Below the pieces are notes generated by a model. The model was not told the DNA's origin and searched no databases. It worked only from the letters and a program-made list of their open reading frames with translations. Below, piece after piece: positions 1 through 9,701 of a stretch of DNA of 64,000 nt; position 1 is the first letter of the stretch; each line of letters opens with the position of its first letter. A program made the position numbers and the translations under genes. This DNA is from Paracoccaceae bacterium (lineage in GTDB: Bacteria; Pseudomonadota; Alphaproteobacteria; Rhodobacterales; Rhodobacteraceae): the NCBI GenBank assembly GCA_050299695.1, contig JBNKWI010000001.1:31662-95661 (forward strand). The letters are read 5' to 3'.

Positions 1-1
1 C

Positions 2-1564
2 GTGCACGCCGCCAAGGTCGCCACCGAGTTTCGCCAGAAGTTCCGCAAGGACGTGGTGATCGACATGTTCTGCTACCGGCGGTTCGGCCATAACGAGGGC
101 GACGAACCGATGTTCACCAACCCGATCATGTACAAGCGGATCAAGAAGCATAAGACGACGCTTCAGATCTACACCGAGCGGCTGGTGAAGGACGGGCTGA
201 TCCCCGAGGGCGAGATCGAGGACATGAAGGCCGCCTTCCAAGCCCATCTCAACGAGGAGTTCGAGGCCGGCAAGAACTTCAAGCCGAACAAGGCCGACTG
301 GCTCGACGGCCGCTGGAGCCATCTCGACCGGCAGGGCGAGAAATACCAACGCGGCAAGACGGCCATCAAGAAGGCCACCTTCGAGGAAATCGGCAAGGCG
401 CTCACCCGCGCGCCCGAAGGTTTCGCGCTGCACAAGACGGTGGAACGCCTCCTCGACACCAAGGCCGAGATGTTCAAGTCCGGCAAGGGCTTCGACTGGG
501 CCACGGCCGAGGCACTGGCCTTCGGCTCACTCCTGCTCGAAGGTTACCCGGTCCGGCTCGCCGGTCAGGATTCAACGCGCGGCACCTTCTCGCAGCGCCA
601 TTCCGGCCTCGTGAACCAGGACACCGAGGAGCGCTACTATCCCCTGAACGGCATCCGCGAGGGCCAGGCCCGCTACGAGGTCATCGACTCGATGCTGTCG
701 GAATACGCGGTTCTGGGCTTCGAATACGGCTACTCGCTCGCCGAGCCCAACGCGCTCACGCTCTGGGAAGCGCAGTTCGGCGATTTCGCCAACGGCGCCC
801 AGATCATGTTCGACCAGTTCATCTCCTCGGGCGAACGCAAGTGGCTCCGGATGTCGGGCCTCGTCATGCTCCTGCCGCACGGCTTCGAGGGCCAGGGGCC
901 GGAGCACTCCTCCGCCCGGCTGGAGCGGTTCCTGCAGATGTGCGCCGAGGACAACTGGATCGTCGCGAACTGCACCACGCCCGCGAACTACTTCCACATC
1001 CTGCGCCGGCAGCTCCACCGCGACTACCGCAAGCCGCTCGTCATGATGACCCCGAAATCGCTGCTGCGCCACAAGCTCGCGATCTCGACGGCGAAGGAGT
1101 TCCAGTCCGGCTCGTCCTTCCACCGGATCCTCTGGGACGACGCCCAGCACGGCAATTCCGACACCGAACTGGTGGCCGACGACAAGATCCGGCGCGTCGT
1201 GCTCTGCTCGGGCAAGGTCTACTACGACCTCCTCGAGGAACGCGATGCCCGCGGCCTCACCGATGTCTACCTGATGCGCGTCGAGCAGTTCTACCCGTTC
1301 CCGGCCCTGTCGATGGTCAAGGAACTGGAACGCTTCAAGCAGGCCGAGATCGTCTGGTGCCAGGAAGAGCCCAAGAACCAGGGCGGCTGGACCTTCATGG
1401 AGCCCAATATCGAATGGGTGCTCTCGCGCATCGGCGCGAAGCACACGCGGCCCGTCTATGCCGGCCGCTCCGCCGCCGCCTCGCCCGCCACGGGCCTCGC
1501 CTCGGCCCACAAGGCACAGCAAGCCGCGCTCGTCGACGAAGCGCTGACAGTCGAAGGAAAATAG
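2..1564 (+). CDS. sucA: 2-oxoglutarate dehydrogenase E1 component (5'-truncated by window edge)
   Basis: Motifs [56 protein letters not shown]; directly upstream of sucB. Confidence 0.98.
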   Translation: MHAAKVATEFRQKFRKDVVIDMFCYRRFGHNEGDEPMFTNPIMYKRIKKHKTTLQIYTERLVKDGLIPEGEIEDMKAAFQAHLNEEFEAGKNFKPNKADWLDGRWSHLDRQGEKYQRGKTAIKKATFEEIGKALTRAPEGFALHKTVERLLDTKAEMFKSGKGFDWATAEALAFGSLLLEGYPVRLAGQDSTRGTFSQRHSGLVNQDTEERYYPLNGIREGQARYEVIDSMLSEYAVLGFEYGYSLAEPNALTLWEAQFGDFANGAQIMFDQFISSGERKWLRMSGLVMLLPHGFEGQGPEHSSARLERFLQMCAEDNWIVANCTTPANYFHILRRQLHRDYRKPLVMMTPKSLLRHKLAISTAKEFQSGSSFHRILWDDAQHGNSDTELVADDKIRRVVLCSGKVYYDLLEERDARGLTDVYLMRVEQFYPFPALSMVKELERFKQAEIVWCQEEPKNQGGWTFMEPNIEWVLSRIGAKHTRPVYAGRSAAASPATGLASAHKAQQAALVDEALTVEGK

Positions 1565-1565
1565 A

Positions 1566-3092
1566 ATGAGCACCGAAGTCCGCGTTCCCACGCTCGGCGA
1601 AAGCGTCACCGAGGCGACCGTCGCCACCTGGTTCAAGAAGCCGGGCGACGCCGTCGCCGTCGACGAGATGCTCTGCGAGTTGGAGACCGACAAGGTCACC
1701 GTCGAGGTGCCCTCTCCCGCCGCCGGCACGCTCGCCGAGATCGTCGCCGCCGAAGGTGCGACCGTGGGTGTCGACGCGCTCCTCGCCGTCGTCGCCGACG
1801 GCGCCGCGAAACCCGCCGCCCCGGCCAAACCCGAGGCCGACGCCGCGCCGAAACCCAACGGCGGCGCCGGCGCCAGCGTCGACGTGATGGTGCCCACCCT
1901 CGGCGAAAGCGTCGCCGAGGCCACCGTGGCGACCTGGTTCAAGAAGGTCGGCGACACTGTCGCCGCCGACGAGATGCTCTGCGAGCTCGAAACCGACAAG
2001 GTCTCGGTCGAGGTCCCTGCCCCCGCCGCCGGCACCTTGACCCAGATCCTCAAGGGCGAGGGCGACACCGTCGAGGCCGGCGGCAAGCTCGCCATCCTCG
2101 GCACAGGCGCGGGCGCCGCTGCCCCGGCAGCGGCCGAGGGCACGCGGGCGGGCGCGGCCGGCACAGCCGCCGGGGCCGCCAGCGGGCAGAAAGACATCGA
2201 GAACGCCCCCTCCGCCACCAAGATGATGGCCGAGAAGGGCCTCTCGCCCGACCAGGTGACCGGCACCGGCAAGGACGGCCGCATCATGAAGGAAGACGTC
2301 CAGAAGGCCGTCGCCGCCGGCACCGCCGCCGCCAAGGCGCCGCCCCCCGAACCCGCCCAGGTCCCCCGCGCCCCCGTCGCCGCCGAGGACGCCGCCCGCG
2401 AGGAGCGGGTCAAGATGACCCGCCTCCGCCAGACCATCGCGCGCCGCCTCAAGGACGCCCAGAACACCGCCGCCATGCTCACGACCTATAACGAGGTCGA
2501 CATGTCCGCGGTGATGGCGCTCCGCAACGAGTACAAGGACCTCTTCGAGAAGAAGCACGGCACCCGCCTCGGCTTCATGTCCTTCTTCACAAAGGCCTGC
2601 TGCCACGCGCTCTTCGAGGTGCCCGAGGTCAATGCCGAGATCGACGGCACCGACATCGTCTACAAGAAGTTCGTCCACATGGGCATCGCCACCGGCACCC
2701 CCACCGGCCTCGTCGTCCCTGTGATCCGCGACGCCGATACGATGTCCTTCGCCGCCATCGAGAAGGCCATCGCCGAAAAGGGCAAGCGCGCCCGCGACGG
2801 CAAGCTGTCGATGGCCGAGATGCAGGGCGGCACCTTCACCATCTCGAACGGCGGCGTCTACGGCTCGCTCATGTCCTCGCCGATCCTGAACCCGCCGCAA
2901 TCGGGCATCCTCGGCATGCACAAGATCCAGGAACGACCCATGGTGATCGCCGGCAAGATCGAGATCCGCCCGATGATGTACCTCGCGCTCAGCTACGACC
3001 ACCGCATCGTCGACGGCAAGGGCGCGGTGACCTTCCTCGTCCGGGTGAAGGAGGCGTTGGAGGATCCGAGACGGCTGCTGATGGATTTGTGA
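1566..3092 (+). CDS. sucB: Dihydrolipoamide succinyltransferase E2 with two N-terminal lipoyl domains
   Basis: Two ELETDKV lipoyl motifs, E3-binding [13 protein letters not shown], catalytic YDHRIVDG. Confidence 0.98.
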   Translation: MSTEVRVPTLGESVTEATVATWFKKPGDAVAVDEMLCELETDKVTVEVPSPAAGTLAEIVAAEGATVGVDALLAVVADGAAKPAAPAKPEADAAPKPNGGAGASVDVMVPTLGESVAEATVATWFKKVGDTVAADEMLCELETDKVSVEVPAPAAGTLTQILKGEGDTVEAGGKLAILGTGAGAAAPAAAEGTRAGAAGTAAGAASGQKDIENAPSATKMMAEKGLSPDQVTGTGKDGRIMKEDVQKAVAAGTAAAKAPPPEPAQVPRAPVAAEDAAREERVKMTRLRQTIARRLKDAQNTAAMLTTYNEVDMSAVMALRNEYKDLFEKKHGTRLGFMSFFTKACCHALFEVPEVNAEIDGTDIVYKKFVHMGIATGTPTGLVVPVIRDADTMSFAAIEKAIAEKGKRARDGKLSMAEMQGGTFTISNGGVYGSLMSSPILNPPQSGILGMHKIQERPMVIAGKIEIRPMMYLALSYDHRIVDGKGAVTFLVRVKEALEDPRRLLMDL

Positions 3093-3110
3093 GCTGGGTA
3101 TCGCGTCCCG

Positions 3111-3305
3111 TCAGTCGTCATCGCCATGCAAGAGATCGTCGATTTCTTGCGCAGACATACGCCGGAGCCGCTTTTGGAATTCGGGGGCGTAGCGGCGATC
3201 GTTCGGTTCGACGCCCTTTTGCGCCCGCCTGCCTGCATCTTTGACATGCTGGGCAAGCAAGGCGGCCTTTCGTTCCTTGACCGACGGTTTGGGGACTTTT
3301 GGCAA
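3111..3305 (-). CDS. Small hypothetical protein (64 aa, TTG start), basic with acidic tail
   Basis: ORF fills the gap after the sucB stop; purine-rich GGGAAGG upstream; protein-like sequence RRAQKGVEPNDRRY...EIDDLL. Confidence 0.6.
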   Translation of the reverse strand: MPKVPKPSVKERKAALLAQHVKDAGRRAQKGVEPNDRRYAPEFQKRLRRMSAQEIDDLLHGDDD

Positions 3306-3377
3306 AAAGTTGAGACCTTCCCGTTCTTCGGATCAAGATAGGAAACATTGTGACGCCATTCCAGGATTTCGCAAGCA

Positions 3378-3527
3378 GGGCGAGCGCCTGCCCGTGGGAT
3401 GGCGCTGCAACGATTGAGGGGCGCGCTTTATGGTGCCACCCCGCAGTACCTACGTTCGGCGCGCAAACGTTACCAAAGCGCCAGCCCGCCGGGACGGGCA
3501 GGCGCTCGCCCGGCGGCCCTTCGGGCC
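3378..3527. repeat. Long imperfect inverted repeat (REP-doublet/MITE-like) followed by a GGCCC-TTCG hairpin
   Basis: GGGCGAGCGCCTGCCCGT (3378-3395) is the exact reverse complement of 3494-3511; inner arms GGGATGGCGCT/AGCGCCAGCCC also pair with one mismatch. Confidence 0.75.
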
Positions 3528-3739
3528 TTGATTCCGGGCGGGGCATCGAACGACCGTAGCAAACCCGCCCATTTGCCCGCCACCCGCGCCTCCGGCGTCC
3601 TCCTCCGCAACCCGGGCCACCGGAGCGGCCCTCGCGACACCGTCCGGTGGCTGAGCCGCAAAGGCCGTCCCGCGCCCCCTTTCCCTTTCCGCACGCCCGG
3701 GCCATTGTCGAACCGACCCGGCAGAAGGAGGGGCCCGAC

Positions 3740-4129
3740 TTGCTCACCGACGAACTCTCGATCCTCCTCCTCTACGGCCTGATCGTGGCCGTGGTGCTCG
3801 GGCTCAAGACCACCGGCATGATGGCGCAGTTCGACATGGGCTACCTCATGTCCGCCCGCGACGAACCGCGGGAGCTGCCGAAGATGATCGCAAGGCTCGA
3901 CCGGGCGCTCTGGAACTCGGTCACCGCGCTCGCGCTGGTCACGCCGCCGATCCTCGCCATCACGCTCCGCGACCAGTCCACATCGGGGAGCCTCGTCGCG
4001 GCGCAGGTCTTCGTGCTCTGCCGGCTGGCCTATTTCCCGGCCTATCTCTTCGGCATCACCGGGATCAGGACCGCGCTCTGGCTCGCCGCCTACCTCGCCA
4101 CCTTCGCCCTCTATTTCCTGGCCCTCTGA
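3740..4129 (+). CDS. MAPEG family membrane protein (copy 1)
   Basis: TTG start after AAGGAGG; SARD...RLDRALWNS...RLAYFPAYLFGI pattern; hydrophobic helices. Confidence 0.8.
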   Translation: MLTDELSILLLYGLIVAVVLGLKTTGMMAQFDMGYLMSARDEPRELPKMIARLDRALWNSVTALALVTPPILAITLRDQSTSGSLVAAQVFVLCRLAYFPAYLFGITGIRTALWLAAYLATFALYFLAL

Positions 4130-4539
4130 TGACACCCGAACTCACTGCCCTCGCCCTCGCCGGGCTCCTGCAGGCCGCGCAATTCGCCGCCCTGTCCGTG
4201 CTCGCCAATCTCGAGCTCGGCCCCAAGAAAACCGCCAGCCCGCGCGACCGCCAGCAGCTGGGCGGCGCGCTGGAAGATCTGCTCTCGGTCAGGACGGCGC
4301 GGCTCCTCCGGGCGCTCAACAACCATTTCGAGGGTCTGATCCTCTTCACCCTCGCGGTCACCGTGGTGACGCTCTCGGGCCAGGCCTCGGGGTTCACCGC
4401 CACCTGCGGCTGGGCCTATCTCGGCGCCCGCGTGCTCTACGTCCCGGCCTATTATTTCGGCCTTTCGCCCTGGCGCTCGGCGATCTGGTTCGTGGGGTTC
4501 CTGGCGACGCTGGCCATGATCGTCACGGCTCTGCTATGA
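4129..4539 (+). CDS. MAPEG family membrane protein (copy 2)
   Basis: MTPELTAL start, RALNNHFEGLILF, ARVLYVPAY; TGATG overlap with copy 1. Confidence 0.9.
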   Translation: MTPELTALALAGLLQAAQFAALSVLANLELGPKKTASPRDRQQLGGALEDLLSVRTARLLRALNNHFEGLILFTLAVTVVTLSGQASGFTATCGWAYLGARVLYVPAYYFGLSPWRSAIWFVGFLATLAMIVTALL

Positions 4540-4555
4540 GGGCCACGGTGCGCGG

Positions 4556-4594
4556 CCGGTGTACAGGTTGTGTACGGGCTGTGTACAGGTTGTG
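4556..4594 (+). repeat. 39-bp element: CCG + 3 x 11-bp GTGTACRGGYT + GTG (copy 1)
   Basis: CCGGTGTACAGGTTGTGTACGGGCTGTGTACAGGTTGTG; 37/39 identical to 36717-36755. Confidence 0.9.
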
Positions 4595-4623
4595 ACCGGC
4601 CAGAATCCGGAAAGGAGACCCCT

Positions 4624-6012
4624 TTGGCAAGCTATGACGTGATCGTAATCGGCGGCGGCCCGGGCGGCTATGTCTGCGCCATCCGCTGCGCGCAACTGGG
4701 TCTCAAGACCGCCTGTGTCGAGGGCCGCGAGACGCTCGGCGGCACCTGCCTCAACGTGGGCTGCATCCCCTCCAAGGCGCTCCTCCACGCGAGCCATCAG
4801 CTCCACGAGGCCGAGCATAATTTCGCCGCCATGGGCCTCGTGGGCTCGGCGCCGAAAGTCGATTGGAAACGGATGCTTGCCTACAAGGACGAGGTGATCG
4901 GCCAGAACACCAAGGGCGTCGAATTCCTGTTCAAGAAGAACAAGATCGACTGGCTGAAGGGCTGGGGCTCGGTGCCGGCGGCCGGCAAGGTCAAGGTCGG
5001 CGACGAGCTGCACGAGGCGAAGAACATCGTCATCGCCACGGGCTCCGAATCCGCTTCGCTGCCCGGGGTGACGGTCGACGAGAAGGTCGTGGTGACCTCC
5101 ACGGGCGCGCTCGAATTGCCCAGGATTCCCAAGAAGTTGGTGGTGATCGGCGCCGGCGTCATCGGCCTCGAGATGGGCTCCGTCTATGCCCGCCTCGGCG
5201 CCGAGGTGACGGTGGTCGAGTATCTCGACTTCATCACCCCCGGCATGGATGGCGAGATCCAGAAGACATTGCAGCGATCCCTGAAGAAACAGGGGCTCGA
5301 GTTCATCCTCGGCGCCGCTGTGCAGGGCGTCGAGGCGACCAAGACCAAGGCCAAGATCGCCTACAAGCTCCGCAAGGACGACAGCGACCATACGCTCGAG
5401 GCCGACGCCGTCCTCGTCGCCACCGGCCGCCGCGCCTATACCGACGGGCTCGGCCTCGCGGAAATCGGCGTCGAGACGACCGAGCGCGGCGTCATCAAGA
5501 CCGGCGCGCATTGGGAGACCTCGGTGCCGGGCATCTACGCCATCGGCGACTGCGTCTCCGGCCCGATGCTCGCCCACAAGGCCGAGGACGAGGGCATGGC
5601 CGTTGCCGAGACCATCGCCGGCCAGAAGGGCCACGTGAATTACGGCGTGATCCCCGGCGTCATCTACACCTGGCCCGAGGTCGCCTCGGTCGGCCAGACC
5701 GAGGAACAGCTCAAGGAGGCCGGCCGCAAGTACAAGGCCGGCAAGTTCAGCTTCATGGGCAATGGCCGGGCGAAGGCGAATTTCGCGGGCGAGGGCTTCG
5801 TCAAGCTCCTCGCCGATGCCGAGACCGACCGGATCCTCGGCGCGCACATGATCGGCCCGATGGTGGGCGACCTGATCCACGAGATCTGCGTCGCGATGGA
5901 GTTCGGCGCGGCGGCGGAGGACGTGGCCCGCACCTGCCATGCGCATCCGACCTATTCGGAAGCGGTGCGCGAGGCGGCGCTCGCCTGCGGCGACGGGCCG
6001 ATCCACTCCTGA
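4624..6012 (+). CDS. lpdA: Dihydrolipoamide dehydrogenase E3
   Basis: TTG start after AAGGAG; [28 protein letters not shown]. Confidence 0.97.
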   Translation: MASYDVIVIGGGPGGYVCAIRCAQLGLKTACVEGRETLGGTCLNVGCIPSKALLHASHQLHEAEHNFAAMGLVGSAPKVDWKRMLAYKDEVIGQNTKGVEFLFKKNKIDWLKGWGSVPAAGKVKVGDELHEAKNIVIATGSESASLPGVTVDEKVVVTSTGALELPRIPKKLVVIGAGVIGLEMGSVYARLGAEVTVVEYLDFITPGMDGEIQKTLQRSLKKQGLEFILGAAVQGVEATKTKAKIAYKLRKDDSDHTLEADAVLVATGRRAYTDGLGLAEIGVETTERGVIKTGAHWETSVPGIYAIGDCVSGPMLAHKAEDEGMAVAETIAGQKGHVNYGVIPGVIYTWPEVASVGQTEEQLKEAGRKYKAGKFSFMGNGRAKANFAGEGFVKLLADAETDRILGAHMIGPMVGDLIHEICVAMEFGAAAEDVARTCHAHPTYSEAVREAALACGDGPIHS

Positions 6013-6023
6013 CCTGAAAAGGT

Positions 6024-6051
6024 GACGGCGGCACCCTCCGGTACCGCCGTC
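6024..6051. terminator. Hairpin between convergent lpdA and ccoP
   Basis: GACGGCGG..CCGCCGTC stem; A-run on the left gives a U-tract for the minus strand. Confidence 0.5.
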
Positions 6052-6101
6052 GTCGAGCCACGTGAAACGCGCGAACAGGATCGACGGGCTCGAATCCCTC
6101 G

Positions 6102-6980
6102 CTACTGACCGCCGCCGAGCCCGTGGACATAGGCCGCGACCGCGTTGATCTGTGCCTGGTCTAGGCCCTGACCGTGCCGGTATTCCTCCGACCAGGCCGG
6201 CATCACGCCGAACCGCGCGTAGGTGATCGTCTCGGTCAGCGTAGCTTCGTCACCGCCATAGAGCCAGATCGTGTCCGTCAGGTTCGGCGCGCCGACGCCC
6301 TGGTCCCCCTTGCCCTCGTCGCCATGGCAGGCCGCGCAATTGTCGAGGAACAGCTGGGCACCGGCAGCTTCCGGCGCCTTGTCGTACTCCTGGCCCGAAA
6401 TCGCGCGAACATGGGCCACCAGCGCCTTGATCTCGTCGCCTTCCAGAAGCTCGCCGAAGGCTGGCATCTCCGAATAGCGCGCATCGGGCGACTGCTCGTT
6501 GCGGATCCCGTTGGTCACCGTGTAGGCGATGTCGTCGATGGTGCCGCCCCAGAGCCAGTCGTCGTCCAGGAGGTTCGGATAGCCCGAGGCCTGCACTCCG
6601 GCCGCCCCCGCCCCGTGGCACTGCCCGCATTTCGAACGGAACACGGCCGCGCCCGCATTCCGGGCAAAGCCCTGCAGCTCGGCATCGTCGGCAAGCGACG
6701 CGAGCTCCACATTGGCCAGCCGCTCGTTGATCGCGGCATTCCGCTCGTTCACCGTGGCGATGTCGGCGGCCACGTCGGCCCGCGTCGAGAACCCGAGCAG
6801 ACCCGGCGTCGCCCCGCTGATCAGCGGCCAGGCCGGGTAGGCGATCGTGTAGATCAGCCCCCAGACGATCGTCAGATAGAAGGTCCACAGCCACCATTTC
6901 GGCAGCGGATTGTTGTATTCCTCGATCCCGTCCCAGCTGTGGCCGGTGGTTTCGACGTCCTTGTTCTTGTCCGTGCTCAT
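6102..6980 (-). CDS. ccoP: cbb3-type cytochrome c oxidase subunit III (diheme)
   Basis: TTGHSWDGIEEYNNPLPKWW; CGQCH and CAACH heme motifs. Confidence 0.97.
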   Translation of the reverse strand: MSTDKNKDVETTGHSWDGIEEYNNPLPKWWLWTFYLTIVWGLIYTIAYPAWPLISGATPGLLGFSTRADVAADIATVNERNAAINERLANVELASLADDAELQGFARNAGAAVFRSKCGQCHGAGAAGVQASGYPNLLDDDWLWGGTIDDIAYTVTNGIRNEQSPDARYSEMPAFGELLEGDEIKALVAHVRAISGQEYDKAPEAAGAQLFLDNCAACHGDEGKGDQGVGAPNLTDTIWLYGGDEATLTETITYARFGVMPAWSEEYRHGQGLDQAQINAVAAYVHGLGGGQ

Positions 6981-7165
6981 GTGCGGTCCTCCGCCCGGTT
7001 CGAGGCCGGACGATCGTCATTGCGAAACGGCAGCGCGGCCGAGTCGCTGTGGATATCGTTGCTGCCGGGCCGGAAGGCCCAGACGACCGAAGCGATGAAG
7101 AAGAGAAACAGCGCGATCAGCACCCAGCTGTCCGCCAGTTCCCGCAGGATCGAATAGTGGTCCAT
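6977..7165 (-). CDS. ccoQ: cbb3-type oxidase subunit IV
   Basis: YSILRELADSW plus a TM helix; position between ccoO and ccoP. Confidence 0.93.
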   Translation of the reverse strand: MDHYSILRELADSWVLIALFLFFIASVVWAFRPGSNDIHSDSAALPFRNDDRPASNRAEDRT

Positions 7166-7174
7166 TGTCCCCTC

Positions 7175-7900
7175 CTATCGGCTCGCATCGGGCTCGAAGG
7201 TCGAGAAATCGACCAGCGTGCCGAGCATCTGCATGTAGGCGATCAGCGCATCCATCTCGGAGATGCCGGGTTCGCCGTCGAAGTTCCGGACCTGCGCCCC
7301 GGGATAGCGCTCGAGGAGCCCGTCGGTGTCGCCGAACGGATCGACCTGGACCGTGAAGTCGGCCGAGGCGTTCTCGATCATCTCGTCGGTATAGGGCACG
7401 CCCACCGCGCGGTTCGTGGCCATCAGGTCGCCGATATGTTCGGCCGTGACCTCGCGGCTCAGCAGGAACCCGTATTTCGGCATCACCGATTCCGGCACCA
7501 CCGATTGCGGGTTGGTCAGGTGATCGACATGCCACTCGTCCGAGTAGCGCCCGCCGACCCGCGCGAGATCCGGCCCGGTCCGCTTCGAGCCCCACTGGAA
7601 CGGATGGTCGTACATCGACTCCGCCGCCAGCGAGTAATGCCCGTAGCGTTCGACCTCGTCGCGCATCGGCCGGATCATCTGGCTGTGGCAGACATAGCAG
7701 CCCTCGCGCAGATAGATCTCGCGCCCCTGCAGTTCCAGCGGCGAGTAGGGCCGCATCCCCTCCACCTTCTCGATGGTGTTCTCGAGGTAGAACAGGGGGG
7801 CGATCTCCACGATCCCGCCGATGGTGACCACAAGGAGCGAGCCCACCAGAAGTGCCGTCGCGTTGGTTTCGAGAACCTTGTGTTTGTCGAGAATTCCCAT
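7175..7900 (-). CDS. ccoO: cbb3-type oxidase subunit II
   Basis: [27 protein letters not shown]. Confidence 0.98.
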   Translation of the reverse strand: MGILDKHKVLETNATALLVGSLLVVTIGGIVEIAPLFYLENTIEKVEGMRPYSPLELQGREIYLREGCYVCHSQMIRPMRDEVERYGHYSLAAESMYDHPFQWGSKRTGPDLARVGGRYSDEWHVDHLTNPQSVVPESVMPKYGFLLSREVTAEHIGDLMATNRAVGVPYTDEMIENASADFTVQVDPFGDTDGLLERYPGAQVRNFDGEPGISEMDALIAYMQMLGTLVDFSTFEPDASR

Positions 7901-7914
7901 GGTTCCGACCCTCC

Positions 7915-9507
7915 TTATTCAGCCGGAGCCATGGCAGGGGCCTTTGCAGGCGCACCGCGCACGGTCATCCAGAGGTTGTAGCACATGATGATCGCGCCCG
8001 TGAGATACAGGACCCCGCCCAGCGCCCGCACCACGTACATCGGGTACTTGGCGGCGACCGTGTCGGCGAAGGCGTTCACCAGGAACCCGTTCGCATCGAC
8101 TTCGCGCCACATCAGGCCTTCCATGATGCCCGACACCCACATCGACGCCGCGTAGAGCACGATGCCGATCGTCGCGAGCCAGAAGTGCCAGTTCACCATG
8201 TCGAGCGAGTAGAGCCGCTCGCGGTTCCAGAGCCTCGGCGTCAGGAAGTAGAGCGCGCCGAAGGTGATCATGCCGTTCCAGCCCAGGGCGCCGGAATGGA
8301 CGTGGCCGATGGTCCAGTCGGTGTAGTGCGAGAGCGAGTTCACCGCGCGGATCGACATCATCGGGCCCTCGAAGGTCGACATGCCGTAGAAGCCGATGGA
8401 GATCACCATCATCCGGATGATCGGATCGGTGCGGAGCTTGTCCCAGGCACCCGAGAGCGTCATCAGCCCGTTGATCATGCCGCCCCAGGAAGGCATCCAC
8501 AGGATCACCGAGAACACCATGCCCAAGGTCGAAGCCCAGTCGGGCAGCGCGGTGTAGTGCAGGTGGTGCGGACCCGCCCAGATATAGAGGAAGATCAGCG
8601 CCCAGAAGTGGACGATCGACAGCTTGTAGCTGAAGACCGGCCGCTCGGCCTGCTTCGGCACGAAATAGTACATCATGCCCAGGAAGCCCGCGGTCAGGAA
8701 GAAGCCCACCGCATTATGGCCGTACCACCATTGCGTCATCGCGTCCTGCACACCGGCGAAGACCTGCACCGACTTGGAGCCGAGGAGCGAAACCGGCAGC
8801 GACAGGTTGTTGACGATGTGAAGCATCGCGACGGTGACGATGAAGCTCAGGAGGAACCAGTTCGCCACGTAGATGTGCTTTTCCTTCCGGGTCATGATCG
8901 TGCCCAGGAAGACCAGCAGGTAGGCGACCCAGACGATGGTCAGCCACAGGTCGATATACCATTCGGGTTCGGCGTATTCCTTGCCCTGCGTACCGCCCAG
9001 GACGTAGCCCGTCGCCGCGAGGACGATGAAGAGGTTGTAGCCCCAGAACACGAACCAGGCGAGGTTGCCGCCCCAGAGCCGCACCGCCGAGGTCCGCTGC
9101 ACGATGTAGAACGAAGTGCAGAGAAGTGCGTTGCCCCCGAAGGCGAAGATCACCGCCGAGGTGTGCAGGGGCCGGAGCCGCCCGAAATTCATGTAGCCCT
9201 GCGCCCATTCGAAGTTCAGCACCGGGAAGGCCAGCTGGAACGCGATGAAGACACCGGCCAGGAAGCCCACCACGCCCCAGAGCGCGGTGGCGATGACGCC
9301 GGCCCGGATCACGTCGTCCATGTACCCGGTCGGCGCTTCCGGCTTCGGTTCGCCGATCCGCCGCAGGGTCACAACGAACAGCCCCGCGGCGACGAGCATG
9401 ATGATGATCGCGTGCACCATATAGGGCAGGTCTCGCGCCAGGTTCGCGGCAATCGCCGCCAGCAAGGCGACGACCCCCAACGCGGCGAGTTTCACATAGT
9501 CCAGCAT
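7915..9507 (-). CDS. ccoN: cbb3-type oxidase subunit I
   Basis: [37 protein letters not shown]. Confidence 0.98.
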   Translation of the reverse strand: MLDYVKLAALGVVALLAAIAANLARDLPYMVHAIIIMLVAAGLFVVTLRRIGEPKPEAPTGYMDDVIRAGVIATALWGVVGFLAGVFIAFQLAFPVLNFEWAQGYMNFGRLRPLHTSAVIFAFGGNALLCTSFYIVQRTSAVRLWGGNLAWFVFWGYNLFIVLAATGYVLGGTQGKEYAEPEWYIDLWLTIVWVAYLLVFLGTIMTRKEKHIYVANWFLLSFIVTVAMLHIVNNLSLPVSLLGSKSVQVFAGVQDAMTQWWYGHNAVGFFLTAGFLGMMYYFVPKQAERPVFSYKLSIVHFWALIFLYIWAGPHHLHYTALPDWASTLGMVFSVILWMPSWGGMINGLMTLSGAWDKLRTDPIIRMMVISIGFYGMSTFEGPMMSIRAVNSLSHYTDWTIGHVHSGALGWNGMITFGALYFLTPRLWNRERLYSLDMVNWHFWLATIGIVLYAASMWVSGIMEGLMWREVDANGFLVNAFADTVAAKYPMYVVRALGGVLYLTGAIIMCYNLWMTVRGAPAKAPAMAPAE

Positions 9508-9596
9508 TCTCCGCTTCCTCGTCCCAATTCCCGCGGCGCGTGACTGGGGAGTCCGCGCCGCTAAGCCGTCTTTGCACTGCCGCCGGTGCCGCGGCC

Positions 9597-9610
9597 TTGA
9601 TTCAGGTCAA
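9597..9610. promoter_or_regulatory. FNR/FnrL box, ccoN-proximal
   Basis: TTGAT-TCAG-GTCAA (TTGAC on the minus strand), 9/10 match to TTGAT-N4-ATCAA. Confidence 0.85.
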
Positions 9611-9628
9611 CAGGTGCCGGAACGAAGT

Positions 9629-9642
9629 TTGATAGGGATCAA
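9629..9642. promoter_or_regulatory. FNR/FnrL box, usp-proximal
   Basis: Perfect TTGAT-AGGG-ATCAA. Confidence 0.92.
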
Positions 9643-9701
9643 GGACAGTCCGCGCCCTGTCGGAGGAGCCTCTTCAGGCGTGCGACGTCGAAAGGGGTAA
9701 C

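Noticed and set aside
572-3002. Long antisense and alternative-frame ORFs (for example 572-2482, 7852-9543, 35352-37379, 38119-39957, 49366-51318)
   Set aside because: Shadow ORFs of GC-rich genes; they overlap well-supported CDSs and have no protein motifs
3320-3545. FNR sites at GATCAA (about 3331) and TTGATT (about 3528)
   Set aside because: Half-sites only; no matching second arm at 4-bp spacing
4556-4594. CRISPR array interpretation of the GTGTAC repeats
   Set aside because: Units are 11 bp, directly adjacent, with no spacers and no cas genes
9570-9596. RegA/PrrA site upstream of ccoN (TGCCGCCGGTGCCGC)
   Set aside because: The consensus is too degenerate to call in GC-rich DNA without footprinting
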